64,000 bases of DNA from Hyalangium minutum (GCF_000737315.1 NZ_JMCB01000006.1:248001-312000); one strand, 5' to 3'. Positions 28,098-40,937 are shown, counted from the stretch's first letter. Notes: a model not told the origin generated them from the letters alone. Made by a program: numbers and translations.

Positions 28098-29036
28098 TTA
28101 ATCGTCCGAGGACACCAGGTCGAAGACGAAGAGGCCCACGCCCACGGCGCTCAGCCCCCCGCCCGCGCCGAGCAGCACATTGCCCGTGCGCGCGTAGCGG
28201 TCTGACTTGTCATACGCCGCCTGCGCCTCCGGAAACCGGGAGCACATCCGGCCCGCGTCCATGCACGGCTCCACTCCTTTGATTGCATTGCGCGACAGCC
28301 CCCCCGCCACCAACGAGCCCGCCAGCGCCACCGCCCCCACGCTGAACGTCACATAGGAGGCCACCCGCAGCCCCTTGCCCCGAGCCGCTGTGCCCATCAC
28401 GCCCCCTGCCGTCTGCCCGGGAGGCGTCAGGCGCAGCCGGGCGCCCTCGGGCACCCACTCACGCGACAGAGCCGCCTCGCCCGACGGCAACAACAGATCC
28501 ACCTCGTGCGGCCCCGCCGTCACCGGCACCACCGGCCCCGAGGAAGTCTGCGCCCGTCCATCCACCCGCAGGCGCGCGGCGTCCGCCTCCACCACCAGCC
28601 CGCCCCACCCCTTGCGCACGAACCCGGGCACCAGCGCCGCCACCCCTGGCCTCAGGGCTCCCTTCAGATCCGCCGTCGACGCCCCCGGCACCCGGCGCCG
28701 CACTGCCGCGCCCCCTGCCCCATCCACCCACGTGGCCTCCACGTCGACCGTGCCCTTCCGCGCGGGCGTCACCGTCAGGAACAGGCCCTGCTCGGCCTTC
28801 ACCTCCGAGAGCATCGCGCGCAGGCAGGCTTCATCTCCGCACTTCCGGGACAGGCCCGACACCGGACTCACCGTGAGGGCCGTCAGCTCGCGGGCCAGCT
28901 CCGCCCCCGCGCCCAGCACGAGCTGCGCCTCCGTGGAACCCAGCCCGCCCCCATCGAGGACTCGCACCGCAAGCCGCTCGGCGGCGGATACAGGCAAGGC
29001 AACCAGCAGCGGAAGCAGGCGCAGGAGCGTCTTCAC
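28098..29036 (-). CDS. Secreted/outer-membrane hypothetical protein (PEGA-like domain, hydrophobic C-terminus)
   Basis: Signal peptide, ARLRVDG...PVTAGPHEV segment, C-terminal amphipathic helices. Confidence 0.65.
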   Translation of the reverse strand: MKTLLRLLPLLVALPVSAAERLAVRVLDGGGLGSTEAQLVLGAGAELARELTALTVSPVSGLSRKCGDEACLRAMLSEVKAEQGLFLTVTPARKGTVDVEATWVDGAGGAAVRRRVPGASTADLKGALRPGVAALVPGFVRKGWGGLVVEADAARLRVDGRAQTSSGPVVPVTAGPHEVDLLLPSGEAALSREWVPEGARLRLTPPGQTAGGVMGTAARGKGLRVASYVTFSVGAVALAGSLVAGGLSRNAIKGVEPCMDAGRMCSRFPEAQAAYDKSDRYARTGNVLLGAGGGLSAVGVGLFVFDLVSSDD

Positions 29037-29151
29037 GGGGCCTGACTCTAGACCAACGGCGCGAGCCCTCGCCTCTCTCCTCCAAGAGTCGCCACCACCC
29101 CCGTCCCATCGCCAGCTTCACCCTGGACGCTTGCGCACGAAGGAGGACTCC

Positions 29152-29649
29152 ATGGCGAAGCCGCTCCACCTCACCTCACCCCGCTTCCGGGATGGCGACC
29201 CCATCCCCATCGCCTTCACCGCCGAGGGAGAGGACAAGGCCCCGCCCCTGAACTGGGGCGAAGTCCCACCCGGCACCCGCAGCCTGGCCCTCATGGTCGA
29301 GGACCCGGATGCCCCCGACCCTCGGCACCCCCAGCGCACCTGGTGCCACTGGATCCTCTACAATCTCCCACCTGGCACCCGAGGCCTCCCGGAGGGCGCC
29401 AGCCCGGACACCCTCCCCCCCGGCTCCCATGAGGGCCTCAATGACTGGCAGCGGCCGGGCTACGGAGGGCCCTGTCCCCCCATCGGCCGTCATCGCTATT
29501 TTTACCGCCTGTATGCGTTGGATACCGTGCTGGCAGACCTGGGCTCGCCCACCCGCGCCCAGTTCCTGGCCGCCATCCGGGGCCACGTGCTCGCCGAGGC
29601 AGAGCTGATCGGCACCTACGAGAAGACCCACCCCCACGTCAGCGCCTGA
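29152..29649 (+). CDS. YbhB/YbcL family PEBP (Raf kinase inhibitor-like) protein
   Basis: DPDAP, WCHWILYN, GYGGPCPP and HRYFYRLYALD. RBS GGAGG before ATG 29152. Confidence 0.93.
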   Translation: MAKPLHLTSPRFRDGDPIPIAFTAEGEDKAPPLNWGEVPPGTRSLALMVEDPDAPDPRHPQRTWCHWILYNLPPGTRGLPEGASPDTLPPGSHEGLNDWQRPGYGGPCPPIGRHRYFYRLYALDTVLADLGSPTRAQFLAAIRGHVLAEAELIGTYEKTHPHVSA

Positions 29650-29691
29650 TCCACCGCCGCCTTCCCTCCCGGCCAGCATCCGGGAGGGCGG

Positions 29692-32361
<2,670 letters not shown>

Positions 32362-32501
32362 CGCATCAGGACAAAACAACCATCGACTCAATGCGTCGTC
32401 ATCACAGCTGCGATGCAGTTGATGTTTGATTCAGTTTTCAAGTGATCATTTTTCACGCGGAGTCTACCTTGCTCGCCCTCCCCCACAAGAAGAGAGGGCT
32501 C

Positions 32502-35411
32502 ATGCGCAAGCAGCGTCTTGGAAGTCTCGCCTGCGGACTCCTGGTTTTGTCTGTCTTTGGATGCGAAGCCATGGCTCCGGCCGACGCGCCGCTGGAAGAA
32601 GCACCCGAGGTGGCGCAGGTCCAGAGCCGGCTCACGGCGGTGACTGGCTTCGGCACCAACCCGGGCGCGCTGAGGATGTACAAGTACGTGCCCGCGAACA
32701 TGCCGGCCAACGCGCCGCTGGTGGTCGCCATGCACGGCTGTACACAGACGGCGGCGGCGTATGAGGCCACCGGGTGGACGGCGCTGGCCGACATCCTCAA
32801 GTTCTACGTCGTCTACCCGGAGCAGGTGAGCAGCAACAACCAGAACGCCTGCTTCAACTGGTTCGAGCCGGGCGACATCACCCGGGGCCAGGGCGAGGCG
32901 CTCTCCATCAAGCAGATGGTGGACGCCATGAAGGCGGCGCACTCCATCGACGCCAGCCGCGTCTTCGTCACCGGCCTGTCCGCTGGCGCCGCCATGACGC
33001 ACGTGATGGCCGCCACCTACCCGGACGTCTTCTCCGCCGGCGCGGTGATGGCGGGCATCCCGTACAAGTGCGCCACCTCCATGACGGACGCCTTCACCTG
33101 CATGAGCCCAGGCGTGGACAAGACGCCCACGGCCTGGAGGGATTTGGTGAAGGGCGCCTACTCTGGCTACACGGGCAGCTATCCGCGCATGTCCCTCTGG
33201 CACGGCACCTCCGACTACGTGGTGAAGAACACCAACCAGACGGAGGGGGTGGAGCAGTGGACGGCGGTCCACGGCATCGACATGACGGCGGACGTCAGCG
33301 ACACCGTCGCCGGCTACCCCCACAAGGTCTACCAGGACGCGGCCGGCAAGGCCCTGGTGGAGACGTACGCCATCACCGGCATGGGCCACGGCACCGCCAT
33401 TGATCCGGCCACCAAGTTCCCCGGCACCAGTGTGGCGTGCGGCACCGCGGGCGCCTACGTGCTCGACACGGACATCTGCTCTACGTGGCAGGTGGCGAAG
33501 TTCTTCGGGCTCGACAACTCCGACACGGCCGCGCCCTCCGTCAGCCTCACCGCACCCGCCAATAACGCCAGCGTGAGTGGCACCGTGCAGGTGACGGCCA
33601 GCGCCTCGGACAACGTGGGCGTCTCCAAAGTGGAGTTCTTCATCGACAACACCCTGGTGGGAACCGACACGGCCTCGCCCTACGCCTACGCGTGGAACAG
33701 CGCCGCCGCCACCAACGGCACCCACGTGCTGGTGGCCAAGGCCCATGACGCGGCCGGAAACACCGCCACCTCCGCCTCCATCTCCGTCAACGTCTCCGGC
33801 GGCATCTCCGACACCACCGCCCCCACCGTGAGCATCACCTTCCCCACCCACGGCTCCACCGTCGCGGGCGCGGTGGACATCACCGCCACCGCCTCGGATG
33901 ACACCGGTGTGACGAAGGTCGAGTTCCTCATCGACGGCACCGTTGTAGGCCAGGGCGTCTCCGCACAGCAGGCAGGCCCCTATGTCTTCAGCTGGAACAC
34001 CACCTCGTATGCCGCCGGCAGCCACTCGCTCACCGCGCGGGCCTATGACGCGGCGGGCAACAGCGCCACCGCCCCCTCGGTGACGGTGACGGTGGATCAG
34101 AACTCGGTGAACTTCGTCGAGCGCTTCTCCAACAACGGCCCGGACAAGGCCGGATGGACCCTGACGGAGTGGGCGCTGGACGCCAGCGACCAGACGGGCA
34201 CCACCGGCAGCAAGTCCATCCTCGGCTCGGCCGTGCCTGCCTTCAACACCGTTACCAAGACGGCCACCGTCAGCCTCACCCTGAGCTCCAACCCGCGCCT
34301 CACCTACTGGCGCAAGCTGGACCTGTACGGCGCCAACATCTCCGCCTCGGCCAGCTTCAGGGTCGTCCTCAATGATGGCACCGACCATGTGGTGGACTCC
34401 GCCACCAAGAGCGGCCTGGGCGCCCTCGCCGAGTCCACCTGGACGCAGCGCGCGAACATCGACTTGTCCGCGTACGCGGGCCGCGCCGTGACGCTGAAGT
34501 TCATCGTCACCGCCACGGACACCGGCTCTACCACCAGCCGCGCCAAGGCCTGGGTGGACAGCATCACCGTGGGCCCGCCCTCCACGGCGCTCGACGTGAG
34601 CGCCCCCACCGTGAACGTGACGGCCCCCGCCGCCAGCGCCACCCTCAGCGGCACGGTGGACGTGACGGCCAGCGCCTCGGACAGCTCCGGCATCAGCAAG
34701 GTGGAGTTCTACGTGGACGGCGCGCTGGCGGAGACCGACACCGCCTCGCCCTTCGTCTTCACCTGGAACACCGCCCTCGTGGCCAATGGCACCCACACAC
34801 TCATGGCCAAGGCCTACGACGCGGCCAACAACATCAGCACCGACAACGACACCTCCATCACCGTGAGCAACGCCGCCGGAGGCACCACCACCGCCACCTT
34901 CGCCAGCATCGCGGCGGAGGATGGCTACGTGAAGGCCAACGCGGACGGCTCCTCCGCTGCGGTGGGCACCTTCTCCACCCCGGCCCTCGGCAAGGGCGCC
35001 GACGCGCTGCTCAACCGCGCCTTCTTCTCCTTCGACACCTCCGCGCTCCCGGACACGGCCACGATTGTCCGGGCCTCACTGAAGGTGACGCTGTCCTCGG
35101 CCTCGGGAGACCCCTGGGCGGACCCCACGGGCAACACCCTCACCCTTGATCTGAAGAACGGCACCTTCGGCGCAGCCACCACCGAGACGTCGGACTTCAC
35201 CGCCACCGCCACCGCCACCGACGTGGCCGACATGGTCAAGTTCACCACCGGCGCTCAGAGCTCCACGGACTTCAACACCTCGGGCCTGGCCGCCATCAAC
35301 AAGACCGGCAAGACGCAGGCCCGGCTCCGCTTCTCGCTGAACCCCACCGGCACCCGCTACCTCTTCCTCACCGAGGGCTCCGGCGCCGTCCTCACCGTGG
35401 AGTACAAGTAG
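32502..35411 (+). CDS. PHB-depolymerase-family (LpqC-like) esterase lipoprotein with 3 Ig-like domains and an extra C-terminal domain
   Basis: Lipobox VFGC, VVAMHGCTQ, CFNWF, TGLSAGAAM (GxSxG), WHGTSD, GMGH. Three repeated SASD..GVSKVEF.ID Ig-like modules. Confidence 0.88.
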   Translation: MRKQRLGSLACGLLVLSVFGCEAMAPADAPLEEAPEVAQVQSRLTAVTGFGTNPGALRMYKYVPANMPANAPLVVAMHGCTQTAAAYEATGWTALADILKFYVVYPEQVSSNNQNACFNWFEPGDITRGQGEALSIKQMVDAMKAAHSIDASRVFVTGLSAGAAMTHVMAATYPDVFSAGAVMAGIPYKCATSMTDAFTCMSPGVDKTPTAWRDLVKGAYSGYTGSYPRMSLWHGTSDYVVKNTNQTEGVEQWTAVHGIDMTADVSDTVAGYPHKVYQDAAGKALVETYAITGMGHGTAIDPATKFPGTSVACGTAGAYVLDTDICSTWQVAKFFGLDNSDTAAPSVSLTAPANNASVSGTVQVTASASDNVGVSKVEFFIDNTLVGTDTASPYAYAWNSAAATNGTHVLVAKAHDAAGNTATSASISVNVSGGISDTTAPTVSITFPTHGSTVAGAVDITATASDDTGVTKVEFLIDGTVVGQGVSAQQAGPYVFSWNTTSYAAGSHSLTARAYDAAGNSATAPSVTVTVDQNSVNFVERFSNNGPDKAGWTLTEWALDASDQTGTTGSKSILGSAVPAFNTVTKTATVSLTLSSNPRLTYWRKLDLYGANISASASFRVVLNDGTDHVVDSATKSGLGALAESTWTQRANIDLSAYAGRAVTLKFIVTATDTGSTTSRAKAWVDSITVGPPSTALDVSAPTVNVTAPAASATLSGTVDVTASASDSSGISKVEFYVDGALAETDTASPFVFTWNTALVANGTHTLMAKAYDAANNISTDNDTSITVSNAAGGTTTATFASIAAEDGYVKANADGSSAAVGTFSTPALGKGADALLNRAFFSFDTSALPDTATIVRASLKVTLSSASGDPWADPTGNTLTLDLKNGTFGAATTETSDFTATATATDVADMVKFTTGAQSSTDFNTSGLAAINKTGKTQARLRFSLNPTGTRYLFLTEGSGAVLTVEYK

Positions 35412-35451
35412 CCCCCGCACTGTCTGATCAGCGTCTGATCCCAAACGGATT

Positions 35452-35482
35452 CCGGCCCTGTCCGAAAACAGGACAGGGCTGG
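35452..35482 (+). terminator. Stem-loop downstream of the esterase gene
   Basis: CCGGCCCTGTCC-gaaaaca-GGACAGGGCTGG, a 12-bp stem with one G-T pair. No strong U-tract. Confidence 0.55.
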
Positions 35483-35705
35483 AGCGTGGATTATCCACTG
35501 TTCAAGGTTTTCTCGATTCGGTCGTAAGTTCTTGTTTTCACGAGGGAATTTCGAGGCTCACCGGATTCAGGGGGGTAGACTTACATTCTCTCTAAAACGC
35601 GGTGGAGCAGCCGTGTCTCGTGGCCAAAAAACCTACATGGGGCTTAACGCGTTGTGAGAATGAGTCGTTTCAGCTGTTTGCGGGGGGATTCTCGGAGACC
35701 GAGAG

Positions 35706-35723
35706 TTGGCATGAGGGGTGCTT
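35706..35723 (+). promoter_or_regulatory. Putative sigma-54 promoter (-24/-12)
   Basis: TTGGCATGAGGGGTGCTT has GG-N10-GC spacing and lies about 50 nt upstream of ATG 35772. Confidence 0.55.
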
Positions 35724-35771
35724 AAGGGAGACACGAGCCCCACTCGCCCCCGTTGGGGAGGAGAGACCCCC

Positions 35772-36920
35772 ATGATGAACCCGTTCACGCTGAAGCGCCT
35801 GCAGGCAATGACTCTGAGCTCCTTCATGATGCTGGCTGCCGCCGGCTGTGGGGGCGAGACAGCTCCGGACGAGCAGCCGGTCATCGATGATGAGACCACG
35901 ACGGACGAGACGTGGGATGCGGAGCAGCAGGCGACGCTGGGCAGCACGGTGCTCGGCGCGTACCTGTTCACCAAGGAGACCTTCAACGGCAACGGCCGCA
36001 CCTGCGCCACCTGCCACACGCTGGCCAACGGCGGCCTGACGCCCGCGCAGGCGCAGGCCATCTACGCCAAGAACAAGAAGGACCCCCTGTTCCGCCCCAT
36101 CGACAGCGATGACGGCACGGGCGCCAGCTACAAGCAGCTGCTCACCCACGCGACGGTGACGGTGGACATCGACCTGCCGGCGAACGTGCGGCTGGCTGAC
36201 AACCCCACGGCGCGCACCGTGAAGCTGCGCCGCGCCATCCCCAGCACGTTCGACAGCCCGCGGTTCGACCCGGCCATCATGTGGGACGGCCGTGAGCCGA
36301 CGCTGCAGCTGCAGGCCCAGCACGCCATCGCGGGCCACGCCCAGGCCAAGCGGGCGCCCAACCAGACGGAGCTGAACGCCCTGGTGGACTTCGAGAAGGC
36401 GCTGTTCTCCTCGAAGCAGACGTTTGACTACGCGCTGACCGGCAAGGCGCCGGCGCTGCCCACGGGCAAGACCGAGTCCGAGAAGCGCGGCAAGGCGTTC
36501 TTCGCCGAGACGGGCCTGTGCGGTGGCTGCCACTTCGGCGCGCTGCTCAACGAGACCTCGCAGTTCAACCCCATGGGCCTGCCGGCGGGCTTCCACTTCG
36601 GCAGCGCGCTGGTGTCCGAGCTCAACGTGGCGCAGAACCCCGTGCGCGAGTACATCGTCAAGAATCCGGACGGCACCGAGGCCCACGTGATGTCGCCTGA
36701 CCCGGGCCAGATGCTGGTGACGGGCGTGCCGCAGATGGCCGGCCTGTTCAAGATGGTGTCGCTGCGCAACCTGAAGAACAGCGCGCCGTACTTCCACGAC
36801 AACTCCGCGAAGACCATCGAGCAGATCACCCAGCAGTACAAGATGCTGATGGACGTGGCCGGCATCCCCTACACGCAGCAGGATCTGACCGACATCACGG
36901 CTTACATGAAGCTGCTCTAG
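35772..36920 (+). CDS. Di-heme cytochrome c (peroxidase/MauG-like) lipoprotein
   Basis: Two CxxCH motifs (CATCH, CGGCH), MWDGRE, SLRNLKNSAPYFHD. Lipobox AAGC. Confidence 0.85.
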   Translation: MMNPFTLKRLQAMTLSSFMMLAAAGCGGETAPDEQPVIDDETTTDETWDAEQQATLGSTVLGAYLFTKETFNGNGRTCATCHTLANGGLTPAQAQAIYAKNKKDPLFRPIDSDDGTGASYKQLLTHATVTVDIDLPANVRLADNPTARTVKLRRAIPSTFDSPRFDPAIMWDGREPTLQLQAQHAIAGHAQAKRAPNQTELNALVDFEKALFSSKQTFDYALTGKAPALPTGKTESEKRGKAFFAETGLCGGCHFGALLNETSQFNPMGLPAGFHFGSALVSELNVAQNPVREYIVKNPDGTEAHVMSPDPGQMLVTGVPQMAGLFKMVSLRNLKNSAPYFHDNSAKTIEQITQQYKMLMDVAGIPYTQQDLTDITAYMKLL

Positions 36921-36937
36921 TCCCCGAACGTCGGGCC

Positions 36938-37885
36938 TCAGCGCGTCCCCCCCGCGCAGGCCCACAGGACGCTCCTCGCGGCCCGGCGCATGAACTCCAT
37001 GCGCCGGGCCGTTGTGTTTTCAGCCCCCGCCGGCTCGCGCCAGTCGAAGTCCCGGAGCCGGGCCAAGAACCCCTGCTCCACGCACCCCTCCAGGCTGAAC
37101 ACGTGCAGGTCCGCGCACAGGCGCCGCGCCCGCCGCAGGTCGCCGGAGAGCTCCTCCCAGGACAACGGTGGCGCCGCGCCCGCGCCCGGCAGCTCCACTC
37201 CGCCGCCGGTGCTGCCCACGCCGATGGAGCGGGCCTGAGCGCCGTAGCTCTCCAGCAGGCCCGCGCCATGCGGGCGCACGAAGCTGGAGTAGAGCATCAG
37301 CACCTCGCGATCCGCGGACAGGTCCACCACGCCGAGCAGCCGCTGCAGCAGGGTGGAGCCCGCCTCGCGCTCGTCGACGATGAGCGGGAGCTGGTACGTG
37401 TCCACCCGGTAGCCATCCGCCCGGATGCGCGCCACCAGTCCCTGGTAAGCCTCGCGAGCCTGGCGCAGCTGCTCGCCTCGCCGCAGTCTCCGGAAGAGCA
37501 CTGGCACGTAGCGCCAGCGCTGGGCGAGCAGCCGCCGCAGCTCCGCCAGATCCGGCTCGATGTCCAAGCCCACTCCGTCCCACTGCAGGCCGTGCTCTGC
37601 CGTCCACTGGCGGAAGGCCTCGTAGCGCGCGAGGCCCTGGGGCGCGTTGTCCAGGTTGAACCAGTAGCCCTGCTCGGTGGGCAGCAACTGCCAGGCGATG
37701 ACGGGCACCCCCGCAGTGTGGAGCCGCCGCACCACGGCCGCCCGCTCCTCCCTCAGGTCCAGCAGGCCCAGGCTCACGGAGGCCCCCAGCGCCACGAGGT
37801 GCTCGAGTACGGCCGGGTCCGCGAAGAGGGCCTGCAAGGGCTCGGCTCCCAGCTCGCAGAAGAAGGTGAGGCGCGGAGGGTTCAT
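36938..37885 (-). CDS. Hypothetical protein (possible TIM-barrel fold)
   Basis: Coding-like ORF from MNPPRLTFFCE containing VGLDIEPD. Fold call is inference. Confidence 0.65.
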   Translation of the reverse strand: MNPPRLTFFCELGAEPLQALFADPAVLEHLVALGASVSLGLLDLREERAAVVRRLHTAGVPVIAWQLLPTEQGYWFNLDNAPQGLARYEAFRQWTAEHGLQWDGVGLDIEPDLAELRRLLAQRWRYVPVLFRRLRRGEQLRQAREAYQGLVARIRADGYRVDTYQLPLIVDEREAGSTLLQRLLGVVDLSADREVLMLYSSFVRPHGAGLLESYGAQARSIGVGSTGGGVELPGAGAAPPLSWEELSGDLRRARRLCADLHVFSLEGCVEQGFLARLRDFDWREPAGAENTTARRMEFMRRAARSVLWACAGGTR

Positions 37886-37969
37886 GTGGGCCCTGTCTCG
37901 TATCACCCATGGGCGCCCAAGCCTGCTATCCGTTCGCGGACACGCAGGGACTCTCTCAATGCGAGCGCG

Positions 37970-38653
37970 ATGAACACGATAGCCCCCCGGAACGCGATCT
38001 TCTTCGACCTGGACGGGACGCTCACCGACCCGTTCGAGGGCATCACCGCATGCTTCCAACATGCCCTCTCGAAGCTCGGACGGCCGGTGCCGCCCGCGGC
38101 CGAGCTGGCGCCGTTCATCGGCCCGCCGCTGCGTGAGGGGTTCGCCACGCTGCTCGCGACACAGGATCAGCTCCTCATCGAGCAGGGGGTGTCGCTCTTC
38201 CGGGAGCGCTACGCCACCGAGGGTGCCTTCGAGAACCAGGTCTACGCCGAAGTGCCGGGCATGTTGCGAGCGCTCGGGGAGGAGAGCCGGCGGCTCTTCG
38301 TGGCGACGTCCAAGGCCCGCGTCTACGCCGAGCGCATCATCGAGCACTTCGGCCTGAGCCCCTTCTTCTCCCACGTGTATGGCGCCGAGCTGGATGGGCG
38401 CTTCGACAACAAGGCGGAGCTGCTCGAGCACGCGCTGAAGCAAGAGGGGCTCGATGCGGCCTCATGCATCATGGTGGGGGATCGAGCCCAGGACGTCCGC
38501 GCCGCCCGGAAGAATGGGCTCGTGCCAGTGGGAGTGGCTTACGGGTACGGCTCTCGGGAAGAGCTGCTCGACGCGGGCGCCGCCGTGGTCTGCGCCAGCC
38601 CCGCGGAGTTCGTGAGCTGGCTGCGCGCGCACCCGCCCGCGGCTTCCTTTTGA
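37970..38653 (+). CDS. HAD family hydrolase (phosphoglycolate phosphatase/nucleotidase-like)
   Basis: FFDLDGTLTD, VATSK, MVGDRAQD. Confidence 0.92.
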   Translation: MNTIAPRNAIFFDLDGTLTDPFEGITACFQHALSKLGRPVPPAAELAPFIGPPLREGFATLLATQDQLLIEQGVSLFRERYATEGAFENQVYAEVPGMLRALGEESRRLFVATSKARVYAERIIEHFGLSPFFSHVYGAELDGRFDNKAELLEHALKQEGLDAASCIMVGDRAQDVRAARKNGLVPVGVAYGYGSREELLDAGAAVVCASPAEFVSWLRAHPPAASF

Positions 38654-38669
38654 TGGACTGGATGCAGAT

Positions 38670-39536
38670 CTACTGAGCCACGGCGTCCGGGGGCTTGCCC
38701 TGCGAGCCCTCGGGTGAGGCTCCACTGGAGCCGCCTCGTGCAAACGCGGCGACGCGATCCACGAGCGCGGGCCACGTCTGCTCCAGCAAGTCGTTGTGGT
38801 GCGCGCCGGGGATGGTCTCCATCGTCGCCTGGGGGAACAGACGCCCCAGCCGCTGGCCCATCTCCACGGGGATGATCTCGTCCTGGTCCCCGTGAAGGAT
38901 GAGCACCGGAATGCGGATGCCGGGCGCCTTCGCCGCGTTGTCGAAGCGATCCCTCACCAGCAGCCGGGTGGGGAGGAACGGGAAGGCCCGGTTCGCCATG
39001 TCCACCACCGAGGTGAACGGCGCCAGCAGCACCATCCGCGCTCCGTGGCCACGCTTGGCCATCTCCACCGCCACGCCACCGCCCACGCTGCGGCTGCTCA
39101 GCACCGTGGACTCAGGGCCCACGCCCGAGGCGCGCAGGTCCGCCAGCGCCACCTCGGCGGCCTGGTACAGGCCCTGCTCGGTGGGCGTGCCCGGATTGGT
39201 CGCGTAGCCCGGGTACTCCACGGCCAGGAAGCCCAGGCCGTGCGCATGCAGTGCCTCGCCCAGCTCCACCAGGTGAGAGATCTGCTCCCCATTGCCATGG
39301 AAGTGCACCATCGTCGGCTGCCCCTGTGCCGCAGGCAGGTGCAGCACGTCCACCACGGGGCCACCCGGCGGCGACAACCTTCGGAAACCGAGCCGCTGGG
39401 GTGGCTCCTGCAGCGCACTGCGCGGCGCCGGGAAGAGGATGGACCGCTGAACGGCAAAGGCCAGCCCCATCAACCCGAGGTAGCCCAGCGCCACAATCGC
39501 AAGGAAGGTCATCAGCACGCGCTTGATCCGGATCAT
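38670..39536 (-). CDS. Alpha/beta hydrolase
   Basis: HFHGNGE, EYPGY, SRSVGG nucleophile elbow, HGDQDE, GAHHND. Confidence 0.88.
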   Translation of the reverse strand: MIRIKRVLMTFLAIVALGYLGLMGLAFAVQRSILFPAPRSALQEPPQRLGFRRLSPPGGPVVDVLHLPAAQGQPTMVHFHGNGEQISHLVELGEALHAHGLGFLAVEYPGYATNPGTPTEQGLYQAAEVALADLRASGVGPESTVLSSRSVGGGVAVEMAKRGHGARMVLLAPFTSVVDMANRAFPFLPTRLLVRDRFDNAAKAPGIRIPVLILHGDQDEIIPVEMGQRLGRLFPQATMETIPGAHHNDLLEQTWPALVDRVAAFARGGSSGASPEGSQGKPPDAVAQ

Positions 39537-39548
39537 CTGAGTCCTGCT

Positions 39549-40937
39549 CTAGGAATGGGCGAGCAGCCACACCACGCCGAAGCCCACGGCGCAGGCCCCC
39601 AGGAACAGGACCACCGCCAGCCACCCCATCCGCCTATAGTCCGTCTCACCGGTCTCGGGTTCGGGGAGCAGGCCCTCGTCATCGCCCTCGATGTCGCGCA
39701 ACAGTGACGGCCGCGAGGCCTCCACCATGCCCACCTTGGACTCGTCCGCGACGTCCAGGCCAAAGCTGACGCGGGCCTCGCGGGTCTCGTTGCGGGACTG
39801 GGGCTGCGCCTTTCTGCGAGCCAGCGAGATCGACGCGTCCTCTCCGGGGACGTAGTCCTCGGGGGCCTCCAAGCCGCTGTGCTCGAACGCGAGTGCGGTG
39901 GGCGGTGCGAGCTTGGCGGGGACGAGCTGCTTGGTGCGCGCTCGCGAGGGCTCCTTCTCCAGCAGCTCAGCGAGCACCGCGTCCTCCTGCGTCTTCTCCT
40001 CGGCGAAGGCCTCGCGCATCAGCCGCGCCACGTCCGCGTCGCCCACCTGAGGCGCCAGCTTCTCCTTGAGCCGCTTCAGCTCCACCCCGAGCGCCGCTGC
40101 GTCGGGGAAGCGCTGCCCAGGCTCGGTGGCGAGCGCCTTCATCAGCACCGCATCCACGGACAGCGGCACGCTCGGGCGCACGACGCTGGGCGCGTCCCAC
40201 TTGGGGTAGGCCGCCTTGCGCCAGCGCTCCAGCGGATCGCCCTTCTGCGGCAGGAACCTCCAGGTGATCAGCTCCCACAGCACCACGCCCGCCGAGTACA
40301 CATCCGCGCGCCGATCCACGAACTTCTTCCGCGCCTGCTCCGGGGACATGTACGTCAGGTTGCCGATGACCACCCGCGGCGCCGTCTGCTGCTCCTTCAG
40401 CGTGGACTGCGAGGCGCCGAAGTCGATGATCTTCAGCTCCCCGTCATAGGAGAGGCAGATGTTGGCGGGGGACAGATCCCGGTGCACCAGGTGCAGCGGC
40501 TGGCCCGAGCCATCCTTCGCATCGTGCGCGTAGGCGAGCCCCTCGCAGAGCCGGATGCCGATCTGCAGGATGGCGCCCAGCGGGATGGCCTTGCCGCGCT
40601 GGCGCATGCGGTAGGCGAGCCGGCTGAGCGTCTTGCCCTGCACGTACTCCATGGCCAGGTAGGCCTGCCCGTCAGCCTCGCCCATGGCGTAGACCCGGGC
40701 GATGTTGGGGTGCTGCAGGTGCACCACCACCCGCGCCTCGTCCCGGAAGCGGCCGAGGAACTGCTTGTTCTCCATCAGCCTCGGCAGCACCTTCTTCACC
40801 ACGCACGCGCGGCGCGGCGAGTCCTCGCGAGCCAGGTACACCTCTCCCATACCCCCCGCGCCGATGCGGCGCGACAGGGTGTAGGGACCGAAGCGGATGG
40901 GCCCGTCCAGGGCCTCCGGCTCGTGCGGACTAGCCAA
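39549..40937 (-). CDS. Ser/Thr protein kinase with a C-terminal TM anchor
   Basis: GAGGMGEVY, VVKK, HRDLSPAN, DFG, YMSPE. Confidence 0.92.
   Translation of the reverse strand: MASPHEPEALDGPIRFGPYTLSRRIGAGGMGEVYLAREDSPRRACVVKKVLPRLMENKQFLGRFRDEARVVVHLQHPNIARVYAMGEADGQAYLAMEYVQGKTLSRLAYRMRQRGKAIPLGAILQIGIRLCEGLAYAHDAKDGSGQPLHLVHRDLSPANICLSYDGELKIIDFGASQSTLKEQQTAPRVVIGNLTYMSPEQARKKFVDRRADVYSAGVVLWELITWRFLPQKGDPLERWRKAAYPKWDAPSVVRPSVPLSVDAVLMKALATEPGQRFPDAAALGVELKRLKEKLAPQVGDADVARLMREAFAEEKTQEDAVLAELLEKEPSRARTKQLVPAKLAPPTALAFEHSGLEAPEDYVPGEDASISLARRKAQPQSRNETREARVSFGLDVADESKVGMVEASRPSLLRDIEGDDEGLLPEPETGETDYRRMGWLAVVLFLGACAVGFGVVWLLAHS

Noticed and set aside
32388-34796. 802-aa minus-strand ORF and similar long shadows (58837..61218, 53546..55660, 40897..42297)
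   Set aside because: They lie opposite well-supported genes and have no recognisable domains.
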